A stretch of DNA of 15,751 nucleotides, taken from assembly GCA_043732305.1 (NCBI GenBank), contig JAYTHU010000061.1:1-15751 (forward strand). Reading direction: 5' to 3'. Each line of letters opens with the position of its first letter. Positions within the stretch are counted from its first letter, which is position 1. This document shows positions 1-7,371 of this stretch, piece after piece. Both the position numbers and the translations under genes were made by a program. The DNA is from Oligoflexia bacterium (GTDB lineage: Bacteria > Bdellovibrionota > Bdellovibrionia > JABDDW01). A model generated the notes under the pieces. The model was not told the origin of the DNA. It searched no databases and was given only the letters and a program-made list of their open reading frames with translations.

Positions 1-1248
1 TGGTCTGATGGAAAGCCACTGACCGGCAAAGATTTTGCCGAAGGTTTCAAACGAACATTTTCACCATCGACAAAAGCTAAAATTTCACAAAATCTACAAG
101 ACATTATCGTGGGCGCCAAGGATTTTAAATCTGGCAAAATAACCGACTTTACACTTGTTGGAGTAGCTAGCCCCTCGGAAGATATTTTCGAAATTAAACT
201 CGTGAGACCAGCTCCGTACTTACTCTCTCTTTTGGCATTGCCATTTGCTTTCCCGCAGAGGGAGAACTTGAATAGTTTCCAGATCAAGAAGCAAAGTCCG
301 ACTATTGGAGCTTACTTTATTTCAGATTTCAAGAGCGGGTCTAATATCACGCTAGCACCAAATCCTTATTCGAACCTTAAACCGAAAAATAAAGTGAAAT
401 TGATTTTTATTCAGGACTCCACCACGGCGATGAGCCTTTATGAAAAAAATGAAATAGACGTGTTAGAAAAGATTCCTAGCACAGATTTTGATAGATTCAA
501 AAAAAGTCCAGAGCTTGTCACAGCTCCTTTTTTAGCCACTTATTACTTGGGATTCAATATAGCCAAAAAGCCTTATGACTCCCTAGAAGTGCGAAAAACA
601 TTACTCTCCGCGATTAAGCGCTCAGAACTTGCAAAAATATTTAAAGATCCGCAGAACATAGCCAGCTCTTGGGTCCCCCGCCCGTTTGAAACCTCGGATG
701 AAAATTTTGTATTTAATCTTTCAGAACCAGAAAAGAAAAAGGCCTTAGCAATATTGAAAGACTATACACTTGAAATAGATTTCGATGCCCAAGATAAAAA
801 CACTCTAATTATTTCATATGTACAAGATCAGATAGAAAAAAATCTTAATATTCATTTGAATCTTAAAAGCTTTGAGTGGAAATCATTTCTTTCTTACCTG
901 CAAACAGATAGTCCCGGGCTTTTCAGATTTGCTTGGCTGGCAGCTTTTCCAGATGCTTTGAGTCATCTCGCGGTATTCACCTCTGGTAATCCAAATAACC
1001 ACACCGGTTTTACAAACAAACGTTACGACGAACTTGTTTCTAAAATTTCACAAACGCCGCCCTATTCCAAGGCAAGAATAAATCTAATCAGGCAAGCGCA
1101 AAATATATTGTTAGTTGATCAAGCTGTGATTTATCCGCTTTATCATTATGTTCAGTACACTTTAATCAAATCGAAATGGCAGGGTTTGGAGCTTACTCCG
1201 ATGGGCTTACTTCACTTTTATAAGGCAAATCTAAAGCATGAGCCCTAA
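1..1248 (+). CDS. oppA: Peptide ABC transporter substrate-binding protein (OppA/DppA, SBP family 5), 5'-truncated by window edge
   Basis: Frame is open from base 1 (WSDGKPLTGKDF..., the family-5 WSDGxPxTAxDF motif), so the GTG at 109 is internal. Further motifs: TYYLGFNIAKKPYDSLEVRK, W..AFPDA, N.TGFTNKRYDELV, YPLYHY. Stop TAA at 1246-1248. Confidence 0.9.
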   Translation, partial: WSDGKPLTGKDFAEGFKRTFSPSTKAKISQNLQDIIVGAKDFKSGKITDFTLVGVASPSEDIFEIKLVRPAPYLLSLLALPFAFPQRENLNSFQIKKQSPTIGAYFISDFKSGSNITLAPNPYSNLKPKNKVKLIFIQDSTTAMSLYEKNEIDVLEKIPSTDFDRFKKSPELVTAPFLATYYLGFNIAKKPYDSLEVRKTLLSAIKRSELAKIFKDPQNIASSWVPRPFETSDENFVFNLSEPEKKKALAILKDYTLEIDFDAQDKNTLIISYVQDQIEKNLNIHLNLKSFEWKSFLSYLQTDSPGLFRFAWLAAFPDALSHLAVFTSGNPNNHTGFTNKRYDELVSKISQTPPYSKARINLIRQAQNILLVDQAVIYPLYHYVQYTLIKSKWQGLELTPMGLLHFYKANLKHEP

Positions 1249-2002
1249 ATCTATTCGTCAAATCTCTCTTCTCTTTAGTCGATGCAATCTCACGTTCATT
1301 ATTTTCTTTTTCCCAATCACGATAGAATTTCATCTCGCCTGTGATTTCATCTTGTGTTTGCAAGGCGACTTTGTCGACAGCGTCAGTCCAATAACTTTTC
1401 AGCTTATCTAAAGCCACATCGATGTTTTTTGGATCAACATTTCCAAATGTACGAATATCAAACTCTGCCATCTGCAAATCAACAGCTTCCAGACTTCCAG
1501 TAGCTTTGGTCCCGTCAGATTTGAGTCCACCAATCCACAATCGAAATCCCGCATTCAAACTTCTGGTGACAAGTTTGCCATTCTCATCTTTTTGGTTTAA
1601 GCGTTCTACTACAGAAGCTTGCCCCAAGAGCACACTGACAAGCGTTTTATGTTCTGATTCATCAACTGAAATCTGGGAATCAGCAGTCACCGTGATATCT
1701 ATGTGCTTAGTTGAAATCACACATAGCCGTTTCCCAGTTCCAATGAAAACGTGGCCATGGTGCAATTGAATTTTGGCATCGTTAAAAGTTGCAAAAGTTT
1801 TAGCACCCAATCCAACAACGCTTTCAAGATGATCTACTTGAATGTTTCCATCCTTGAAAGTTTCAATGTCAGCACCATCAATTTCAGTGGTCCCCGCCTG
1901 CTTTCTCACGTGAACTAGTTCATCACTGGCCCTCACCTTCACATCCAAAATGAAGCACAAGACGATGACAATAGTTTTTAGAAAACGCATCGCCACTATC
2001 AT
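1193..2002 (-). CDS. Exported FecR-like beta-domain protein with helical C-terminal tail
   Basis: N-terminal basic + hydrophobic signal/anchor (MRFLKTIVIVLCFIL). FecR-like strand pattern IQLHHGHVFI...ISTKHIDITV...ISVD...TLVSVLLGQASV...LNAG. ATGA overlap (1999-2002) with the upstream TPR gene; alternative start ATG at 1990. Confidence 0.6.
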   Translation of the reverse strand: MIVAMRFLKTIVIVLCFILDVKVRASDELVHVRKQAGTTEIDGADIETFKDGNIQVDHLESVVGLGAKTFATFNDAKIQLHHGHVFIGTGKRLCVISTKHIDITVTADSQISVDESEHKTLVSVLLGQASVVERLNQKDENGKLVTRSLNAGFRLWIGGLKSDGTKATGSLEAVDLQMAEFDIRTFGNVDPKNIDVALDKLKSYWTDAVDKVALQTQDEITGEMKFYRDWEKENNEREIASTKEKRDLTNRFRAHALDLPYKSEVSPSE

Positions 2003-2679
2003 AAATTTAAAGATCCGAGATTAGATTGCGCGAGCTTTGCGCAATCTGACTTTGGATAGAGGGGCACGGCCATACGGTAAATGCCCTGAGCCTCTTCCAA
2101 TCTTTCATCTTTCTCGAAAAGTTTTGCGAGCCTTATAAGTCCAAGACAAGCCGATTCAGTTTCCGGAAAATGTGAAATGAGAAGATTAAGAGATCTCAAC
2201 GTTCCATCTTTATTATCCAATGCGCTGTAGCTCTCGCTTAGGAAATACATGGCGTTAGGTAAAAAGGGATTGTCGGGATATTTTTGCAAGAATTCTTCAA
2301 AAAGTTCAGCACTCTGACTGTAATCACCAGAGATAAAAACTTTTTTAGCGTGATCGAAAGAAATTTGACCTGATGGCCAAATTTCAAATTTTTTAAATTC
2401 GGGATCCGAAATGACACTGGCAATGTTTCGCTTGCTGTCGCCCCAAGATGTTTGAGAATCAATCTTGATTCCGGAAGCAACCATGGCATCTTTGTATTCG
2501 GAAAAGCGAGATTCAAGCTTTGCAATCTCACGATTTTTTTTATGCAAAACTTTTTCTAAACTCACAACTTTTTTTCTTTGTAAGTCTGCTCCATCAAAAT
2601 GCTTGCTAAGATAGCCAAAAAACACAGCCCATCCCACAACCAAAATCAATGTCCAAACCACCATTATTTTTGCAGCCAC
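1999..2679 (-). CDS. Membrane-anchored coiled-coil + TPR protein (CpoB/YbgF- or BamD-like TPR region)
   Basis: GTG start preceded by GGGAGG. N-terminal TM helix, then a coiled coil (LQRKKVVSLEKVL...LESRF), then three TPR-like units (FDHAKKVFISGDYSQSAELFEEFLQKYPDN; AMYFLSESY...LISHFPET; GLIRLAKLF...YPKS). Confidence 0.8.
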   Translation of the reverse strand: MAAKIMVVWTLILVVGWAVFFGYLSKHFDGADLQRKKVVSLEKVLHKKNREIAKLESRFSEYKDAMVASGIKIDSQTSWGDSKRNIASVISDPEFKKFEIWPSGQISFDHAKKVFISGDYSQSAELFEEFLQKYPDNPFLPNAMYFLSESYSALDNKDGTLRSLNLLISHFPETESACLGLIRLAKLFEKDERLEEAQGIYRMAVPLYPKSDCAKLAQSNLGSLNL

Positions 2680-2700
2680 GATCCCTCCCGCTTGACTAAC

Positions 2701-2727
2701 TTTTCGACATTATTTTAAAAAACTGGA
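2701..2727 (-). promoter_or_regulatory. Putative sigma28 (FliA) promoter for the TPR-FecR pair
   Basis: Minus strand reads TCCAGTTT-N11-GTCGAAAA versus consensus TAAAGTTT-N11-GCCGATAA (6/8 and 6/8, exact spacing). It lies in a 61-bp gap just upstream of the RBS. Confidence 0.6.
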
Positions 2728-2740
2728 GGTGGGCAAAGGA

Positions 2741-5700
2741 CTAGAACGTGCTGTTAAGGATGGGATATTGCGGGAAAAGTAAATCGAGTGGCTGTTGATT
2801 CAAGGCGTCTCTATTTAAAAGTCTAGTTTCCCAAAAGTTTTTGAGTAGAAGAGTCTGAGTAATTGATTTTTGTATTTTTTCACTGCCGGCTGAAAAGCCA
2901 CCGAGGAATTCTTTAAACCGATTTGCATTAGCAATCGCAACTAAAACATTTCTGATAGAGATCGTATGATTTTTTGATCCTTCTTCACTGTAATAAAAGC
3001 TAGAAGTAGCATCCCAGAAGTTTTTATTTAAGAAAAAGAAATTATCAATAGCTCTAAAGCCTATGGCGTCAGACTTTAACAATGACTGTGCACGGAGTAG
3101 AGCTTTCTCCATTAAAAGCTGATCAAACAGGCGCCTAGGCCCCTTCACAGGCACCCAACCGTTAGCATCCATCCCAATATAAAAGCCACCATCAGCACTC
3201 ATAAGTTTTCCTGACGTCAGAAGCACAAGCCCGGTCAGGAGCGAATGAATTTTCTTTCGGGCCGAATCCTCAGCTTTGGCAGGATCGTTCGTTATGCAGG
3301 CTTTTATAACTTCCGGCACGAGTGCTTGAGTGGGATCAGGGTCATCGACATCGCAAATAATTCGCCAAAGGCTTCCTTGAATTTCTGGATCATCAGTTTT
3401 GTATAAATCTTGGCTGACATCATAAAAATCACTCAATGCCAAAATTGATTTAGCGACATCTTGCGTGTATATGATGTGGCTTTTTCCGACATGGCTAAAA
3501 TTAAGGAGTGCCGCACCCACAGGTAGATCAACATTTGCACTTTCAACAAGTTTTCCATCCGAGGTGATCAGACCCAGCATGTTGCTTGGCATATTTAGCA
3601 ATATTCCCAGAGCTAAACCTAAACTTTCCTTAAACAATGTTTTCTTTGGAAAAATTTCTTTGTCCGGCACTTGAGAAATACGAAGCGCATTTAAAGTAGA
3701 ATCAAAAGTTGAGCTCGCCCATGGTTTGAGATACGACATCATTTTTACATAACCTGAAAGCAATTCCATTTGGCCTGCCACTGAAACCTGGGGATCACGC
3801 GTAGAAAGAGGAACGTTTGCTTGATAAGCGTTCTTGAGAAACAAATTATCAGGCACCACAAAAGTAACTTGTGTAGGATCGTAAGATTGAATTCCTAATA
3901 TATCAAAACGTTTTCGATCTTGCCCAATTGTGAAAGGGATAGTGAGAGAATCAATCAAGTCTCCGCTGTAGTTTTTGTATCCCGCGATTGATGCCATCTG
4001 ATTCACTGCTCTAAACGACCAACTCGCAAGTTCCGGATTTAAAATGCCAATGGCCTGGGGATAGGTCATCATGAAAAAATAATTTGAAAGCGAAGCCCCT
4101 AATATTTCCGCAGAAGTCTGAGTGAGATCAGCGCGCACCGTCCAGCCTTGTGGTTTCTTTTCAAAAAACAATTGCGTAGGAATAAGCAACGGCGCTTTTT
4201 GCCCCTTAAAGAACCAAGCGTCTACATTTAGTTTGGCATAAGTCTTAAAATAATCGAATGCTTTTGCAGGAAAACTATCTCCCTGTTTTTCCAATTGTCC
4301 AATGACTTCAGTACGCAGTAGAGAAGCAACTCCATCTGCGAGCGCTTGAATTTTGGATTTCAGTGTGGCCTCTACCATCTCTTGAATTTGCCCAGTGATG
4401 TGGTCTTTAAAATTACGAAGTCCGGTCGCACCATCTAAAGCGGAAACACATCCTTCGCACTTCGGATAACTATCTATCGTCCGCACTATGTCCCGGCGAA
4501 TAAAAACTCTCTTAGGAGGCAACCACCATGGATTATTTTTTATATCTTCAAGCTCATCACTATCGTAACCGGCAAATGCAGAGATGATATCTTTATTCAG
4601 CGAGTATCTGAATTGCAAATTGAGCCAGAAAAAAGCAATTTCTTCAAAGCGACTTCCAGGATCTGAAATTTGGCTTTTCCCGATTCCTGTTAGAAAAGCA
4701 ATCGCAGCTGGTGAATAAACAAAACTATAAACTTTAGAATTGGTTTCCTCAGTATTAAGATCTGTCCAATCTCTAAAGAAATGCGATTTTATATCGTAGA
4801 GCGGTTTATTGAGGGTTTGCAGAGCCAGAAGACTTCTATCTGATATTGCACTAAAATCAGAATTCTTTTTTGCCCACTCTAGGTCTGCTCGTTTCTGAAG
4901 AACCACGAAATCTGAATCGCTCATTACTGGAGAATTTTTTGTCACAAGAGCCATAATTTGTTTTTCCGTGTAATTCGCGAAAAATGCTTTAAACACAGGG
5001 GGCGCACGGTTTCTAACCGCGGCATTGAACCACATGTCGACAATCAATTGAAGAGCCTGGACTGAATCCGTGGCTTGTTCAGTTCGATTAGAATAATAAA
5101 CACCATCTTGAAGCTGAATATCGCTAGAAGCTTTTTCCGCATCCGTCAGGCCAGGAACTCCAACTAAAGATTTCTGTAGGTCTCGCAAAAATAAACTTAG
5201 GCTCTGTCCATTTTTGCGCGTGAGTTTTGGCAAAAAATCCTGAAGCGGTTTAACGTACTCGGTTGAAAGTTTATCGCTCACAGCTTTTAAAAATAAGCTT
5301 GAATCCGAACTTCCATCCACTTGGCTAATCTGAGAATTAAATTGGTTAATCTGATTCAAAATACTCTGCAGGTAATAGGCCGAAGTCTTTTGACTCGCGG
5401 CCAAAGCGGCTGTGGCAATTGCAGCAGCCCCGGTCGGAACAATCACCACAGGAGGCTTCATGTTCTGACTCGTTTTGTTTACGAGATCTTCAGAATCTTT
5501 TTGTGCGGTTTTAAATTTATCTAATAAGTAAGGATACAGATATGTGTAAACTTGCTCGGCATAAGGATTTCCCGGAGGGAAAATATCAGAATTCATCGCG
5601 GTGGCGGTTTCGTCTGCATGTGAGAAGAGATCCGAAATCTTTTTAGCAGTCTGCTTATAGACAGGCTGATCAGACTCCATCAGAAGGTTTGACAAGCTCA

Positions 5701-5908
5701 GAAGATCATAACTTTTAACTTTTACATTTTGTTTATCTAGACTTGAATGTAGACCCTGGACTCTTTCGTTTATTGTTAAAGGAGTGTCTTCGACAGTGGC
5801 TCCATAAATTTTAGGTCCCGCGTCTACCTCAACACGAACAAATTTCTTGGGCGTGCAGGCGCCACTTAAAGTTGCAATAAGAATGAGGAGATAAAATTTA
5901 TGTCTCAT
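2741..5908 (-). CDS. Large (~1055 aa) predicted lipoprotein; helical N-half, C-terminal region resembling an (alpha/alpha) six-hairpin toroid
   Basis: ATG at 5908 overlaps the upstream stop (TGATG) and is preferred over the TTG at 5911. Signal MRHKFYLLILIATLSGA|C with lipobox Cys18. C-terminal motifs LMSADGGFYIGMDA and FLNKNFWDATSSFY. Confidence 0.7.
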   Translation of the reverse strand: MRHKFYLLILIATLSGACTPKKFVRVEVDAGPKIYGATVEDTPLTINERVQGLHSSLDKQNVKVKSYDLLSLSNLLMESDQPVYKQTAKKISDLFSHADETATAMNSDIFPPGNPYAEQVYTYLYPYLLDKFKTAQKDSEDLVNKTSQNMKPPVVIVPTGAAAIATAALAASQKTSAYYLQSILNQINQFNSQISQVDGSSDSSLFLKAVSDKLSTEYVKPLQDFLPKLTRKNGQSLSLFLRDLQKSLVGVPGLTDAEKASSDIQLQDGVYYSNRTEQATDSVQALQLIVDMWFNAAVRNRAPPVFKAFFANYTEKQIMALVTKNSPVMSDSDFVVLQKRADLEWAKKNSDFSAISDRSLLALQTLNKPLYDIKSHFFRDWTDLNTEETNSKVYSFVYSPAAIAFLTGIGKSQISDPGSRFEEIAFFWLNLQFRYSLNKDIISAFAGYDSDELEDIKNNPWWLPPKRVFIRRDIVRTIDSYPKCEGCVSALDGATGLRNFKDHITGQIQEMVEATLKSKIQALADGVASLLRTEVIGQLEKQGDSFPAKAFDYFKTYAKLNVDAWFFKGQKAPLLIPTQLFFEKKPQGWTVRADLTQTSAEILGASLSNYFFMMTYPQAIGILNPELASWSFRAVNQMASIAGYKNYSGDLIDSLTIPFTIGQDRKRFDILGIQSYDPTQVTFVVPDNLFLKNAYQANVPLSTRDPQVSVAGQMELLSGYVKMMSYLKPWASSTFDSTLNALRISQVPDKEIFPKKTLFKESLGLALGILLNMPSNMLGLITSDGKLVESANVDLPVGAALLNFSHVGKSHIIYTQDVAKSILALSDFYDVSQDLYKTDDPEIQGSLWRIICDVDDPDPTQALVPEVIKACITNDPAKAEDSARKKIHSLLTGLVLLTSGKLMSADGGFYIGMDANGWVPVKGPRRLFDQLLMEKALLRAQSLLKSDAIGFRAIDNFFFLNKNFWDATSSFYYSEEGSKNHTISIRNVLVAIANANRFKEFLGGFSAGSEKIQKSITQTLLLKNFWETRLLNRDALNQQPLDLLFPQYPILNSTF

Positions 5909-7149
5909 CAAAAAAACATCCTCAGATTAACAAGGTGTGATGTAGATTGCGGACTATTCACTGCCGACACGGAATTAGTGAAGGTGTATCCAAAAGAAAA
6001 GGGAAGTGCAAATCGATTTTCGAAATAAAAATCAATTGTTGAGAACTCTACGTACGCTCCGAGTCTCTGAATAGCGTAGCCCGTGTCATGTCCCAAAAAA
6101 GCGTAATCATACCCATCCTGATTTCCATCGAACCAATCAGGATCTTTAAAAGTTAACTCGTAAAATGTCCCTACCGTAAGAAAACGCAAAACTTGATATC
6201 GATTGGCAAGCATGACGTCATAAATATTTCCCGGATTCCAATTCACACCTTGTTTTTGATCAGAGCCCGGCAGAATATCATCTTGATTATAAGGAACTCG
6301 CTTTTTAATAGTTGTTGGCAAATGCGCTTCGTATTGAAAAATAATTGAACCAATCCATCTTGGCATAATGAAATATTCTTGAGTGAGATAGCCACCCGCT
6401 CCCAAATATCCACCCATAGCAATGTCTGCGAGGTCATCCGGATCATCCGGTCTACCGGTGGGTAACAATAAATAGGGGCGCACAGCCAAACGCCATTTCT
6501 CATTTTCGAAGTAACGGAATCGAGCATAGATGAGAGCATCACCTATGCCAGTGATGTCTTCATTACCAAGCGGTTTGTATCCTTTAGCGATGAGTGCACT
6601 TTGAACTGTGGCAGGCATGTTCAAAGCCATTGCGGATGCTTGCCCCAAAGCATTTTTGACATCTGCAGATGCGCCACCGGAAAAAGATTGAACCGCTTGC
6701 AGATTATTTGTTCCAGAGCCCACGATTTGCATTTGATTTTGAAAATGAATAAAGGGAAGTGCGAAACCGAGGGAAACATTTTTGCTTAAACCGTATGCAG
6801 GATTTAAAACATAATAGTCAATTGTGGGATTAGCCTGAAAGTCCACGCTCCCCATCGAAAGACTATTTCCTAAATTAGGCGAGAGAGCATTAAGTGCACC
6901 AACCAAAGTTTTTGCCTGACCACTCAGTTGAGCGATCTTAGCGCCGGTGAGATCCATATGATATTGATCAGCAACGCCAACTAAACTTCCAGAATTATCA
7001 AATTTTTGGCCGAGTCCAGAGATGAGCCCGAAGTTAAATTCGGGCGAATAGACGCCTACCGGCAAAGTGTTTGCCGTTTCCACGCCAGCGGCTGCTGTTC
7101 CAGCCCATAGAATTGTCAAGACAAGAATCAAATTGTTTATAAAAAGCAT
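5908..7149 (-). CDS. Predicted outer-membrane beta-barrel protein (MetA/phenol-degradation 'transporter', COG4313-like), ~413 aa
   Basis: ATG at 7149 has AAGGA 6 nt upstream; the track's GTG at 7164 coincides with the predicted TSS. Sec signal ending AAA. Alternating amphipathic strands, GIGD and LLPTG..D motifs, and a C-terminal BAM-type ending (HLVNLRMFF). Confidence 0.65.
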   Translation of the reverse strand: MLFINNLILVLTILWAGTAAAGVETANTLPVGVYSPEFNFGLISGLGQKFDNSGSLVGVADQYHMDLTGAKIAQLSGQAKTLVGALNALSPNLGNSLSMGSVDFQANPTIDYYVLNPAYGLSKNVSLGFALPFIHFQNQMQIVGSGTNNLQAVQSFSGGASADVKNALGQASAMALNMPATVQSALIAKGYKPLGNEDITGIGDALIYARFRYFENEKWRLAVRPYLLLPTGRPDDPDDLADIAMGGYLGAGGYLTQEYFIMPRWIGSIIFQYEAHLPTTIKKRVPYNQDDILPGSDQKQGVNWNPGNIYDVMLANRYQVLRFLTVGTFYELTFKDPDWFDGNQDGYDYAFLGHDTGYAIQRLGAYVEFSTIDFYFENRFALPFSFGYTFTNSVSAVNSPQSTSHLVNLRMFF

Positions 7150-7173
7150 CGTTATTCCTTGCACTTAACTCTC

Positions 7174-7190
7174 AAGCACAGGACGTGCCA
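7174..7190 (-). promoter_or_regulatory. sigma54 (RpoN) -24/-12 promoter
   Basis: Minus strand TGGCACGTCCTGTGCTT versus consensus TGGCACG-N4-TTGCW, with invariant GG-N10-GC. Predicted +1 near 7164, 15 nt before the ATG and just before the RBS. About 180 bp of intergenic DNA upstream leaves room for enhancer sites. Confidence 0.8.
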
Positions 7191-7371
7191 CGGGATTCAC
7201 CATAGGGAGAGCTAGATTCGCCATTACAAGCATTTAAAAAGTTATAGAGGTATTAGATGTTCATGTTTTTTATGACCAAGGGATAATTACAATTCCAAAT
7301 TTAATTTATGTAAGAATCGCCTGTGGTAACACGACAAATGTTCGCATCCGTAGCAGACTTTTAGATTGATC

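Noticed and set aside
1999..2679. Assigning cpoB/ybgF or bamD
   Set aside because: The TPR pattern is similar, but there is no tol-pal context and no lipobox, so orthology cannot be supported.
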